Assembly (NCBI GenBank): GCA_965203905.1
Contig: CBDBDQ010000005.1
Coordinates: 5,664,001 to 5,728,000, forward strand
Direction of reading: 5' to 3'
DNA length: 64,000 nucleotides
Source: Spirochaetia bacterium
GTDB lineage: Bacteria; Spirochaetota; Spirochaetia; SZUA-6; Bin103
Positions 8,903 through 18,710 of this stretch are shown here, piece after piece. Each line of letters opens with the position of its first letter. The first letter of the stretch is position 1. The position numbers and the translations under genes are program-made. The notes under the pieces were generated by a model. That model ran no database searches. It saw only the letters and a list, made by a program, of their open reading frames with translations, and was not told the origin of the DNA.

Positions 8903-9808
8903 TCAACGTTCGCGGCGCGCTGCCAGCAGGGCGCCGGCGGTGGCCAGGACGACGCCCGCAATCGCCAGGGCTTCCACCCGGTCGCCGCGCAGCATCACGC
9001 CCAGGAGCAGCGCCACCACCGGGATCAGGTAGGTGATGAACGAGGCGCGTATCGAGCCGACCCGTCCCACCAGCGTGCCCATGATCCAGTACGCGGCGCC
9101 GGTGCCCAGCAGGCCGGCGGCCAGCACCGCCAGCAGCGACGGCCAGGCGAACCCGGAGCCGGTCAGTCCGATCAGGCCGTAGGGCGCGGTCCACAGCGAG
9201 GCCAGCGCCAGCATGCGCGCCATCACCGGCAACGCGCCGTAGCGCTGCTGCAGCGGAACGGCGAGGTTCACCGCCACGCCGTAGCACAGGGTGGCTCCCA
9301 GGATCAGCCCCACGCCGGCGGCGCTGCTGCCGCCACCGGCCGCCGACGACTGCGCGATGGCGCCGACCCCGACGAAGCCCAGCAGCAGGCCGGCCAGTTG
9401 CACCGGTCGCGGCACGCGGCGCAGCAGGCCGGTGGCGACCAGCGCGGCGAAGATCGGCATCGCTCCGTTCAACATGCCGGTGAGCGCCGAGTTCACCCAC
9501 TGCTGGGCGAACGGGAAGATGGTGAACGGCAGCGCCACCCAGAGGAACGACAGCACCACGACCCGTGGCCGGTCGGCGCGCTGGAGCGGCCGCCGCGCCG
9601 CGGGGACCAGCCACAGCAGCGCCGCACCGCTGGCCACCCGCAGCAGCGTGATCAGGCCGGGCCGGAACGCCTCCAGCCCGACGTCCATCAACAGGAACGA
9701 GGCGCCCCAGATCAGCGAGATGGCGCAGAACAGCGCCCATTCCGCGGCGCTGAACGGCCCCTGGTTGGTGCTCGCCGCCGTGCTCAGGATGCGCCGCGGC
9801 GTGGACAC
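8903..9808 (-). CDS. DMT/EamA family transporter
   Basis: About 10 hydrophobic helices; LIWGASF and YLIPVVALLLG motifs. Confidence 0.9.
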   Translation of the reverse strand: MSTPRRILSTAASTNQGPFSAAEWALFCAISLIWGASFLLMDVGLEAFRPGLITLLRVASGAALLWLVPAARRPLQRADRPRVVVLSFLWVALPFTIFPFAQQWVNSALTGMLNGAMPIFAALVATGLLRRVPRPVQLAGLLLGFVGVGAIAQSSAAGGGSSAAGVGLILGATLCYGVAVNLAVPLQQRYGALPVMARMLALASLWTAPYGLIGLTGSGFAWPSLLAVLAAGLLGTGAAYWIMGTLVGRVGSIRASFITYLIPVVALLLGVMLRGDRVEALAIAGVVLATAGALLAARRER

Positions 9809-9846
9809 CGGTGCCCTACGGTCGCCGCGGCGCGCCGATCCCGGCC

Positions 9847-10776
9847 TCAGCAGAGTCCCAGCTCTTTGAGGAGCGGGGGCAGGTGCGACTTCTCCTCGTC
9901 GCTGAGGGGTCGCAACGGGGCGGACACCGTATCGTGCTCGATGATGCCCAACAGCTTCAGCGCCGCCTTGAGGCCCGAGAAGCTGGCGGCGTGCGTGCCC
10001 CCACCGCGGCCGAGCTGGGTCGCCCGGGTGGCGGCAAGCAATTCACCGTGGTGGCGGAGTGCGGCCGCGGCGTCGCCGCGCGCTCCCGCTTCCCAGGCCG
10101 AGGCCACGCTGCGCGGCACCAGGTTGGCGATTCCCGGAATCACGCCGTGCGCGTCGATGCCCGCCATTGTGATGCGCCAGACGGAGCCGACGAAGCGATA
10201 CAGGTCGAGCCCGCGGTGGCGGCACAGCATCGCCAGTTGGGCGAACGCCTCGCCGGCGCCGGAGCTGTCCTTCACCCCCACCACGGTGCCGTCGGCCGCC
10301 AGCTCCGCGATGGTGGCCGGCTCCACCGTGAGCTTCACGGTGGACGGGATGTTGTAGACCCACAGCGGGTGGTAACAGCGCTCCCGGACGGCGCGGAAGT
10401 GGTCGCTCAGCTCGGCCTGGGAGTGGCTGTAGTAGTAGGGCGGCGTCGCCGCAACACCTTCCAGCGGGCAGTCACGCAGCGCGGCCGCGGCGCAGGCGGC
10501 GGCGCGCGTGGCCGGGGCGGAGATGTTGCCGATCACCGGCACCCGGCCGCCGGCTTCCTCGGCCACGGTCTCGATGACCAGCCGCCGCGCCGGCTCGTCC
10601 AGCGCCGCGAACTCCCCGGTGGTGCCGGCGGCCCAGATGCCGTGCACCCCGTTCTCCACCAGGTAGTTCACCAGGCGGCGCAGGGAAGCCACGTCCACCG
10701 TCTCGTCGGGTGTGAGGGGGGTCAGGATCGGCACGATCACGCCGCGCAGCGGCTGTCGGTCGTTCGGTTGTTTCAC
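9847..10776 (-). CDS. DapA-family class I aldolase
   Basis: GTTGE, PPYY, YNIP and GVKDSSG (Schiff-base Lys). Confidence 0.9.
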   Translation of the reverse strand: MKQPNDRQPLRGVIVPILTPLTPDETVDVASLRRLVNYLVENGVHGIWAAGTTGEFAALDEPARRLVIETVAEEAGGRVPVIGNISAPATRAAACAAAALRDCPLEGVAATPPYYYSHSQAELSDHFRAVRERCYHPLWVYNIPSTVKLTVEPATIAELAADGTVVGVKDSSGAGEAFAQLAMLCRHRGLDLYRFVGSVWRITMAGIDAHGVIPGIANLVPRSVASAWEAGARGDAAAALRHHGELLAATRATQLGRGGGTHAASFSGLKAALKLLGIIEHDTVSAPLRPLSDEEKSHLPPLLKELGLC

Positions 10777-10863
10777 GTGTTGCTCCTTTGCACTTTCGCA
10801 TCATCGACCATCCTGGTCGAGTAGCTCAACGGTGCGCTATCGTTCGCGGAGCGTGGGTCGCTC

Positions 10864-11577
10864 GTGAACATCATCCTGTTCTCCAGCACGGCACACCGGC
10901 AGACTCTGGTGCGTACCGATCCGCGGGCGCGCCACCTGCTGGAGGTGCTGCGCTGCGGCCGCGGCGACGAGTTCCGCGCCGGAGTGATCGACGGGCCGAC
11001 CGGTACCGGTTCCGTGCTTGCCATTGGCGAGGAGCGGCTGGAGCTGGCCTTCCGCTGGCACGGCACCGCCCCACCGCTGGATGACATCACCCTCATCGTC
11101 GGCCTGCCGCGGCCGCCGAGCGCGCGCAAGATCCTGTACCAGGCGGCCGCCCTCGGCTGCCGCGAGATCCGCTTCGTGCACACCGCGAGCAGCGATCCCA
11201 ACTACGCCCGGAGCCGGCTCTGGACCACCGGCGAGTGGCGCCGTCACCTGCTGGACGGGCTGCAGCAGTCGGTGGCCACCGCGTTGCCGGCGGTGACCTG
11301 CGGCACTCCCCTTCGCAGCACGTTGCAGCAGCTTCCCCCGGACGCCGCTGCCGTGGTCCTGGACAACGCCCGGAGTGTGGACCGCCTCGGTGCCTGCGCG
11401 CTGCGCCTGCCGCTGGTGCTGGCCCTCGGGCCGGAGCGAGGTTGGACCGATGCGGACCGCGACCTGTTGCGGCGCCATCGTTTCATCCCGTGTACACTGG
11501 GAGAGCGGGTCCTGCGCGTGGAGACCGCGTGCGTGGCCGCACTGGCGATCGCGAAGTCCAAGCTGGGCGCGATGTAA
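10864..11577 (+). CDS. rsmE: 16S rRNA m3U1498 methyltransferase
   Basis: HLLEVLR N-terminus; SPOUT motifs LGPERGW and LGERVLRVETA. Confidence 0.9.
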   Translation: MNIILFSSTAHRQTLVRTDPRARHLLEVLRCGRGDEFRAGVIDGPTGTGSVLAIGEERLELAFRWHGTAPPLDDITLIVGLPRPPSARKILYQAAALGCREIRFVHTASSDPNYARSRLWTTGEWRRHLLDGLQQSVATALPAVTCGTPLRSTLQQLPPDAAAVVLDNARSVDRLGACALRLPLVLALGPERGWTDADRDLLRRHRFIPCTLGERVLRVETACVAALAIAKSKLGAM

Positions 11578-11593
11578 GGGAGGTGCCGGGTCG

Positions 11594-12379
11594 ATGGCCG
11601 ACACACTGACCACAGAGCAGCGGGCGGGGTTCGAAACCGACGGCTACCTGGTGCTGGAGGGACTGCTGGACGCAAAGGAGTGCGGCCTGCTGCGGGCGGA
11701 GGTGGATCACCTGGCGCAGCGGCGCGCCGCGGGCGAGCAGCCGCTGATCGTTTCCTATCCGCGGATGGCGCTGCTCACCTCGCATCCGCCAACGATGACC
11801 CCGGTGCAACAGCTCATGGGCGGAGAGTTCGCCATGCACCACATCCACGCCTCGCGCCACGACGCGGGCCAGGAGGGCGTGCCCTGGCACCAGGACTACG
11901 AGCAGTATCCGCAGACCAACCGCTCCCACTTGATGGTGCACGTGTTCTACTACCTGAACGGTCTCAACGGCGAGGTGGGCGACCTGCTGCTGGTGCCGCG
12001 CTCGCAGCACAGCGTGATCGCGCGCGATGCCCTGCACCTCTTCGGGACCGAGGACCTTCCCGGTTCGCTGACGGTAGACCGGCTGGCGCCCGGTTCGGCC
12101 ATCATTGTCCACTCCGCGTTGTTCCACGCCCGGCGCGCGAAACCGGGCGGCGCCGGCCAGCCGCGCTACTTCATCGATATCTCCTATTGCCGGAACGGCA
12201 TCCTCTGGCCGGGCTACCCGCGCATGGACCTGATCAACGCCAAGGCGCTGGAGATGGGCGCCGACCGCGGCGGCCGCTACGCGTTCCTGTACGACGCCAG
12301 CCACTTCTTCGAGCAGGCACCGCGGCGCGAGCGACTGCAGCGGGCGGCGGGGAGCCTGGTGCTGGATCTGGGTGAGTGA
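11594..12379 (+). CDS. PhyH family Fe(II)/2OG oxygenase
   Basis: FETDGYLVL, PWHQD, HSALFHAR; ATG 11594 after GGAGG. Confidence 0.88.
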   Translation: MADTLTTEQRAGFETDGYLVLEGLLDAKECGLLRAEVDHLAQRRAAGEQPLIVSYPRMALLTSHPPTMTPVQQLMGGEFAMHHIHASRHDAGQEGVPWHQDYEQYPQTNRSHLMVHVFYYLNGLNGEVGDLLLVPRSQHSVIARDALHLFGTEDLPGSLTVDRLAPGSAIIVHSALFHARRAKPGGAGQPRYFIDISYCRNGILWPGYPRMDLINAKALEMGADRGGRYAFLYDASHFFEQAPRRERLQRAAGSLVLDLGE

Positions 12380-13137
12380 CGATGGCCACCCCGAAATGGC
12401 ACGAGCTGACCGCAGTGGTGACCGGAGCCGGGCGCGGCATGGGCCTGGCGTTTGCTCGCGAGCTGGCCGCCCGCGGCGCCACCGTGGCGCTGTGCGACGT
12501 CGACCCCTCCCTGCTGGCGAGCGCAGCCGAGGAGCTGCGCAGTGACGGCCGGCGAGTGCTGGCGGAGCCGGTCGACGTGGCGCTGGAGCAGCAGGTGGCC
12601 GGGTTCGTGGAACGGGTGGCGGCCGCGACCGGCCGCATCGACATCCTGGTCAACAACGCCGGCATCCATCCCCTGCACACCATCGACCAGATCGACGCGG
12701 CCGAGTGGGACCGGGTGCTGGCGGTCAACCTGCGGAGCTGCTTCCTGTTCAGCCGCGCGGTGCTGCCCGGCATGCGGGCGCGCGGCTTCGGCCGCATCAT
12801 CAGCGTCGCCTCGGAAGCGGGCAAGGCCGGCGGCACCATCGCCGGGCTCCACTACGCCGCCTCGAAGGGCGCGATCCTCGCCTTCACCCGTAACCTCGCC
12901 CGCCAGGAGGGAACCAACGGCGTGACCGTGAATGCCATCGCACCGGGCCGCATCGCCACCGCCATGGCCGGCGCGGTGTCACCGGAAGAGAACCAGGTAT
13001 TCATCGACCGCAGCGCGGTCAAGCGGCTCGGCGAGCCGGCGGAAGCCGCGCACGCGGTGGCGTTCCTGGCCGATCCCGCTTCCGGCTTCATCACCGGCGA
13101 GACCATCAACGTCAACGGCGGAACGCTGATGGACTAG
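12376..13137 (+). CDS. SDR family oxidoreductase (FabG-like)
   Basis: TGAGRGMG, NNAG, YAASK, VNAIAPG. Confidence 0.92.
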   Translation: MTMATPKWHELTAVVTGAGRGMGLAFARELAARGATVALCDVDPSLLASAAEELRSDGRRVLAEPVDVALEQQVAGFVERVAAATGRIDILVNNAGIHPLHTIDQIDAAEWDRVLAVNLRSCFLFSRAVLPGMRARGFGRIISVASEAGKAGGTIAGLHYAASKGAILAFTRNLARQEGTNGVTVNAIAPGRIATAMAGAVSPEENQVFIDRSAVKRLGEPAEAAHAVAFLADPASGFITGETINVNGGTLMD

Positions 13138-14095
13138 CCGCCGGAGCGCGCATGTCGCAGTCCCAGCGAACCACGTATGATGCGAATCTCGGTCGCCCGA
13201 GTTGGTTGGTGAGCTGCTTGTTTTCGTCGTAGAGCTGCGAAAGCCCCCAGGCGACGCCGCTTCCGTAGCTCGTGTTGTCGAAGGCATCGGCACTGAACAC
13301 TCCCGGATCGCTGATGTGCGCAACAATGTCGGCCGCCTTCTCGAATCGGTACCCGTCCGGGCTGTAATAGACCGCTCGATCCGGCGGTTTTTCGTCGGCA
13401 ATCAGCGCGACCCCTTCCCGGTGCGGCCAAACGCACCCGGTATGCCCGCAGAGAAGCGGACTACCGTTCCACCGTTCGAAGGGTCCCGTCGGACTCTCCG
13501 CCACCGCGAGGCCGATCAGGCACGGGCTCCGCATACTGGTCCTGCCCTTGTAGTACATCCAGAACCGACCATCTCTGACGATCACGCACGGGTCGTCGAT
13601 GAGGTGCGCGTCGAACGAGAAGCCGTCGAGGGTCGGACTCAGGACGGGCCCCCCTGCTACATGTCTGAAGGGTCCTTCGGGGCTGTCGGCCAGCGCCACG
13701 CCGATGTGCTTTTCGTTTATCGGCACTCCGGTATGGGCGCAGAAGTACAGGTAGTACCTGCCATCGTGACAGACAACAGCAGGAGCGTGTTTTCCCTCGC
13801 CGTGCCACGCCGCCTGATCACTGTCCTCGAGCACCTGCCCGTGTTCCGACCACGAAACGCCGTCGGCCGAGGTGGCCAGCCAGATCTTGGTGCAATTGCT
13901 GGTCCGCCACGTGGTCATCCAGCTCTCGTCGTGCGCGTACCGCGTGTACCAGACGTGGTAGCGGTCGCCGATCTGCATTATGTTGCTCGGGTCCTGGTAC
14001 ACGATCACGGGGTCTCTCCCTATCCCGCTGACGGCACGCACCGTGAACCGTGCTGCGCTGAGCTCGGGCGGGATCTGCCAGGGAGTGTCTCTCAT
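13112..14095 (-). CDS. Five-bladed propeller glycoside hydrolase, GH117-like (GH43 clan neighbours)
   Basis: QDPS..YHVWYT, WLATSADG, DDPC..MYYKG, GHxxCVWP, YSPDG..FE and WGLS motifs. Confidence 0.75.
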   Translation of the reverse strand: MRDTPWQIPPELSAARFTVRAVSGIGRDPVIVYQDPSNIMQIGDRYHVWYTRYAHDESWMTTWRTSNCTKIWLATSADGVSWSEHGQVLEDSDQAAWHGEGKHAPAVVCHDGRYYLYFCAHTGVPINEKHIGVALADSPEGPFRHVAGGPVLSPTLDGFSFDAHLIDDPCVIVRDGRFWMYYKGRTSMRSPCLIGLAVAESPTGPFERWNGSPLLCGHTGCVWPHREGVALIADEKPPDRAVYYSPDGYRFEKAADIVAHISDPGVFSADAFDNTSYGSGVAWGLSQLYDENKQLTNQLGRPRFASYVVRWDCDMRAPAASPSAFRR

Positions 14096-14104
14096 TGACC
14101 TTGG

Positions 14105-14132
14105 TGGCGGGAGCCTCAGCAGGCTCCCGCCA
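14105..14132. terminator. Perfect 12-bp stem-loop after the SBP gene (terminator or mRNA stabiliser)
   Basis: TGGCGGGAGCCT-CAGC-AGGCTCCCGCCA. Confidence 0.6.
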
Positions 14133-14157
14133 TTTCCGTGTCAATCGCCAACGCTCG

Positions 14158-15795
14158 CTACATCCACTGGGCTTCGTAGCCCTTTTGCAGCAGCTCAAGA
14201 TAGCGGGACAAACCGATTTTTTCGAGCTCGCTCAAGTACCCATCCCAATCCTCGTCGAGATCTAGAGCACCGGATATGAATTTTACTACACTTCCGCGTG
14301 CGTAATCGTATAGCGCTACTTCGAGCTCCGCCCGTTCAATCGCATCTTCGGCGTCCATGAACAACGGTGGGACCAGGTTGTCCACGCGATACTTGTCATA
14401 CGCCCACGTCGCGTGCAGCAGAATCTTCTCGTGGGCCCAGGTTCCAGTATCGACCAAACTGGTCTTGTAGTAGCCCGTAGAGTACCAGTTCCAGGCGTTT
14501 CTGACGCCGCCGCTTTCTTTTGATTCGCCGGGCGGAAAGCGGGACCACACCGCCGGCGTGCCGTCGATCCCTACCTCACCTGGTTCAGCCAGTCGATAGC
14601 CGACTCCTTCCACTCCTTCGAATTCCCAGAAGCCGACGTCCTTGTAGATGCCGCCGTTCGATGCCCGGAGGTAGAATCCCTCTGCCCATCTGAACGCGAC
14701 CTCGGGGATCTCGCTGATACTCGTTATCGTCATGGTAAAGCCGATACCAGGAATGTAGTAAGGTGCCTGCCGCGACCCGGAAGGACCTTGCAACGGGTCC
14801 AGCCACGTGTACTGCAGCTTGGTGTCTTTCGACAAATCCAGCCAGCCCAAGTGCATGGATTGCAGCGACCCGATCCTTGCCCCATCCGGGTGTTCCGACG
14901 TACTCTTGATCTGTTGCCAGCCTTGCACGAAAATCTCGTTATCCACCAGACCGTCGTCCCACAGTCTCTTCAGATACCTCAAACCTTCCCGATACTCGGG
15001 CTTGACGAACGGTACGGTGACCTTGCCGTCCTCCAGCACGGCCCGCTTCAAGCTCGGGCTCGTGGTAAACGGATTGATCAGAAATCCGTCTACTTCGGCA
15101 AACCCATTAAAGCCCATCCCGGATAGCGGAATCTCATCATTCGGATCACCGTTGCCGTTGGCGTCATGCTCCTTGAACGCCTTCAAGACCTGGTAGTATT
15201 CCTCGGTGGTCGTGGGTTTATCCAGGCCGAGATTGTCCAGCCATTGCTGGTTGATCCACATCTTCTGCCCGTAATCTCCGTGGCTGCTCTCGGTGGTGTT
15301 GAAGAACGCATAGATGTTGCCGTCGGGTGCGGTAATCTTGCGCTTCACATCAGGATCGAATTCGAACGTCTTCTTGATGCCGTAGCCGAGCTCGTCAATC
15401 ATCTCATTCAACGGCACGAACAAGCCCTGGCTGCCGTACAGCAGTATCTGGTCCTGCGAGAAATTGTGTACGAACACATCCGGTAAATCCGTCTGGCTGG
15501 CAAGCATCAGGTTTACCTTTTGGGCCGCGTCCTGCAGCACCACCTGCCAGTTGACATCCACTCCGGTGAGTTCCTCGTACCAGTTGAGCACCCAGATGTC
15601 GTCAAAGGACTGCACCGCTCCCCAGTTGTTCCTGGTAGTCAGCACCTCCAGGGTTACCGGCTCCTCGACTATCGGGAACTCTCCAGCGGGCGTTACCGTG
15701 ACTGCCCGCGCCGCCATCCCCTCTTCCTGGGCGGCGGCAAAGGCGAACCAACAGCACGCCAGCAACACGCCACAACTTAGTGGTCGCTTCATCAT
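14158..15795 (-). CDS. Carbohydrate ABC transporter substrate-binding protein (LplA-like)
   Basis: Signal peptide, FPIVEEPVTL, PDGNIY, WINQQWLDNLGL..PTT, DANGNGDPNDEIP. Confidence 0.92.
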   Translation of the reverse strand: MMKRPLSCGVLLACCWFAFAAAQEEGMAARAVTVTPAGEFPIVEEPVTLEVLTTRNNWGAVQSFDDIWVLNWYEELTGVDVNWQVVLQDAAQKVNLMLASQTDLPDVFVHNFSQDQILLYGSQGLFVPLNEMIDELGYGIKKTFEFDPDVKRKITAPDGNIYAFFNTTESSHGDYGQKMWINQQWLDNLGLDKPTTTEEYYQVLKAFKEHDANGNGDPNDEIPLSGMGFNGFAEVDGFLINPFTTSPSLKRAVLEDGKVTVPFVKPEYREGLRYLKRLWDDGLVDNEIFVQGWQQIKSTSEHPDGARIGSLQSMHLGWLDLSKDTKLQYTWLDPLQGPSGSRQAPYYIPGIGFTMTITSISEIPEVAFRWAEGFYLRASNGGIYKDVGFWEFEGVEGVGYRLAEPGEVGIDGTPAVWSRFPPGESKESGGVRNAWNWYSTGYYKTSLVDTGTWAHEKILLHATWAYDKYRVDNLVPPLFMDAEDAIERAELEVALYDYARGSVVKFISGALDLDEDWDGYLSELEKIGLSRYLELLQKGYEAQWM

Positions 15796-15920
15796 CTCTT
15801 CCTCCTGTGGAATAGACAGATCGTTCGTGAGCCATTAAAGCTCACGGGTGGTTCAGTCCGACAACCCGGACTGTACAGGTTTCACCGGAAACTCATGTAC
15901 TCATCGTCGCCACCCCCAAA

Positions 15921-16820
15921 TCAGCCCTTGATCGCACCCAGCATTACGCCCTTGACGAAGTACCGCTGAATGAACGGGTACAGCATCAGCACCGGCACGC
16001 TGGCCACTATGATAAGCGAGAATTTCAGCAGATCGGCAAGTCCCTGGCGCCGCGTCAGCTCCTCGATGCTCTCGGAAGCCATTTCGGTAACGTCAACTTG
16101 ATTGAGCACCAGTATTTCCCGCAGTATGAGCTGTAAAGGATACAGGTCTCTGGTACTCAGGTAGATGAATGCTGAGAAAAATGCGTTCCAGTGGGAAACC
16201 GCGTAGAACAGTGTCATAACAGCAATGATCGCCCCCGACAGGGGCACCACTACGCTGACCAAAAACCGAAAGTCACTACAGCCGTCTACCTTCGCCGCCT
16301 CCAGCAGCTCGTCCGAGATATTCGTTTGAAAATAGGTTCTCATCATAATCATGAAAAACACGTTCAGAGCTGGCGGAATGATCATCACCCACCTGGTATT
16401 GATCATGCCCAGGCGATTGATCAACAGGTAGGTAGGGATCAAGCCTCCGCTGAAGAACATCGTAAAGGCGAAGATGAACATGAAAATTCCGCGGTAGCGG
16501 AAATCCTTGCGGGACAACGGATAGGCGGCGAGAACGGTTACCACGAGATTCACGATGGTGCCGAAAAAGGTATAGAAAATCGTATTGCCGTAGCCGGTCA
16601 ATATGTAGCCATTCGAAAACACCGCTCGGTATCCGGCAATGGAAGGCTCCACCGGAAGCAACCATACCTTGCCACTGAGGACCGCGCTGGTGGAGCTGAA
16701 GGAGGAGCTCAGCACGTACAGCAGCGGATACGCCACGGCGCCAAATACAACGACAGAGAAGATCAGGTTGCAGGCGTCAAAGATCCTGTCAGCGCGGGTC
16801 GGACGCAAGGCGCTGGCCAT
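15921..16820 (-). CDS. Carbohydrate ABC permease (LplC/MalG-like)
   Basis: FSGGLIPTY, ELLEAAKVDG (EAA loop), YPFIQRYFVKGVMLGAIKG. Confidence 0.93.
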   Translation of the reverse strand: MASALRPTRADRIFDACNLIFSVVVFGAVAYPLLYVLSSSFSSTSAVLSGKVWLLPVEPSIAGYRAVFSNGYILTGYGNTIFYTFFGTIVNLVVTVLAAYPLSRKDFRYRGIFMFIFAFTMFFSGGLIPTYLLINRLGMINTRWVMIIPPALNVFFMIMMRTYFQTNISDELLEAAKVDGCSDFRFLVSVVVPLSGAIIAVMTLFYAVSHWNAFFSAFIYLSTRDLYPLQLILREILVLNQVDVTEMASESIEELTRRQGLADLLKFSLIIVASVPVLMLYPFIQRYFVKGVMLGAIKG

Positions 16821-16828
16821 GGGCTAGC

Positions 16829-17803
16829 TCACCACAGACTGGTGGAGGAGACGCGCCGTGCCACCTGGTTCACCGAAATCAGCAGAAAGAAGTTGATGAT
16901 GGCGTTGAACAGACCGACCGCGGCGCCAAATGAATAACGCGGTATGGAACCCGCCAGTCCCACTTTGTAGACATAGGTCGCGATTATTTCCGAGGCCTCC
17001 AGATTCACCGTATTCTGCAGTAGAAATACCTTCTCGAAGCCGAGGCTCATTATTTTGCCTACGTCCAGGATCAGGAGGATGACGATGGTCGGTGCCAGTC
17101 CCGGCAGATCGATGTGGAGGATGCGTCGCACCTTGTTGGCACCGTCGACGATTGCTGCCTCGTACAGGGTAGGATCGATGGCGGAGAGCGCCGCCAGGTA
17201 GATGATGGTGCCCCAACCGGCGTGCTGCCAGATATCCGTCCAGACGTAGATGGAGCTGAAGTAGCGCGGTTCGGCGAGGAACACGATGGCCTCGCCGCCG
17301 AGGGCTTCGATGATTCTGTTGGCGACACCGGTCTTGGCGGAGAGAAACTGCAAGATGATGCCGACCATTACCACCGTCGATATGAAATGAGGAGCATAGG
17401 TGGTCATCTGCACCGTCTTCTTGAGCCTGACGTAATCATTGTTGTGCAGTGACAGCGCGAGAATGATCGGCACCGGAAACCCGGCGAGTAGACTGTACAG
17501 GCTGATGACCAGGGTATTGCGCAGTATTCTGGTGAACTGGTAGGAGCTGAAGAGATTCTCGAAGTGCTGCAGGCCGACCCACGGACTACCCCATATACCC
17601 TTCATGGCCAGGAAATTCTTGAATGCAATCTGGGCGCCATACATGGGAACATAGTGAAATATGAGGATGTAGGTGACGGGAACCAGTAGCATGAGAAAGA
17701 GCTGGCGATTCTTTTTCAGCTCGTAAACTAGAGAATGCCGTGATCGAGGTAGATGGTTGCTGGATGAGGCCGTGTTACCGGCCTGTTCTTGGGGTTCAAC
17801 CAT
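16829..17803 (-). CDS. Carbohydrate ABC permease (LplB/MalF-like)
   Basis: GSPWVGL, PHFISTVV, LYEAAIVDGA, TYVYKVGL. Confidence 0.93.
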   Translation of the reverse strand: MVEPQEQAGNTASSSNHLPRSRHSLVYELKKNRQLFLMLLVPVTYILIFHYVPMYGAQIAFKNFLAMKGIWGSPWVGLQHFENLFSSYQFTRILRNTLVISLYSLLAGFPVPIILALSLHNNDYVRLKKTVQMTTYAPHFISTVVMVGIILQFLSAKTGVANRIIEALGGEAIVFLAEPRYFSSIYVWTDIWQHAGWGTIIYLAALSAIDPTLYEAAIVDGANKVRRILHIDLPGLAPTIVILLILDVGKIMSLGFEKVFLLQNTVNLEASEIIATYVYKVGLAGSIPRYSFGAAVGLFNAIINFFLLISVNQVARRVSSTSLW

Positions 17804-17972
17804 GCTCGGTACTCGTCACTCGCTAGGCTTGGCGTCTCCACGTCGGTACTGTTCACCGAGGGATTGGTCCAGGTTTCAGCGGGAAGCGTACGCTAACTCA
17901 GGCGGGCGCGCAAGGGTGGCAGCGGTGGGTCGCGGCAATGGCGCGACACCGACCGGCGGCGGTTTACGGGAG

Positions 17973-18710
17973 CTAATGCGGCCTGGTGCCGGGTACTGCC
18001 GGTGCCGCCAGACCGTCCAGCATCAGGGTGGCGAAGGTGTCGCCGAGCCGGTCTCCGGTCTGCAGCAGGTTCAGGGTCTCCTCGTCGCCGATCTGCGCCA
18101 GCACCTCGAGTCCCAGCAGGATGGCGTACACCAGGCGTGCCGCCGCGGGAACGTCCACCGCGCGCATGGCACCGCCGGCGATGGCGGCGTGCAGGCCCCG
18201 TTCCGCTTTCTCGATTCCCGGCTGGAACAGCTCGTCACGGACGTGGCCGGCCAGTTCGCGGTCGGCGAGGATGGAGGACAGCAGCGCGAAGAAGGTACGC
18301 ATCTGCGGATGAGCGCCGCGCACCCGTACGTTGATGGCGCGCCGGTAGCGCTCGTACAGGTCGGTAGTACCGTTACCGCCGCGCTCCACCTGCACCGCCC
18401 CGATCACCCGCGACAGGACTCCGAGCAGCAGTTCCCGCTTGCTCGCAAAGTGGTGATAGAGCGCACCCTCCGACAGCCGCGCCGCGGCGGCGATCGCCTT
18501 GGTGGTGGCGCGTTCGTAGCCGCGTTCGGTGAAGACGCTGGCAGCGGCATCGAGGATGTGTTCGCGCTGGGCGGCGGCGCGCCCGCGCTGCGGAGCATGC
18601 GCGCGCTGCGCAGCAGACGCAGGGGGCTTTTCCATACTTCCATATCGGCCGACCGAGCGCACAGCTTGAGCGCGAGCGAGCGCTCGGAACCGGGCCGCGC
18701 GCTTGCTCAC
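17973..18710 (-). CDS. TetR/AcrR family regulator
   Basis: ILDAAASVFTERGY..TT..IA..A..SEGALYHHFASK HTH; start may be ATG 18635. Confidence 0.88.
   Translation of the reverse strand: MSKRAARFRALARAQAVRSVGRYGSMEKPPASAAQRAHAPQRGRAAAQREHILDAAASVFTERGYERATTKAIAAAARLSEGALYHHFASKRELLLGVLSRVIGAVQVERGGNGTTDLYERYRRAINVRVRGAHPQMRTFFALLSSILADRELAGHVRDELFQPGIEKAERGLHAAIAGGAMRAVDVPAAARLVYAILLGLEVLAQIGDEETLNLLQTGDRLGDTFATLMLDGLAAPAVPGTRPH

Noticed and set aside
10814-10863. GGTCGAGTAGCTCAACGGT resembles a tRNA 5' half
   Set aside because: No T-arm (GTTCRA) or matching acceptor stem; it lies in the short dapA/rsmE divergent promoter region.
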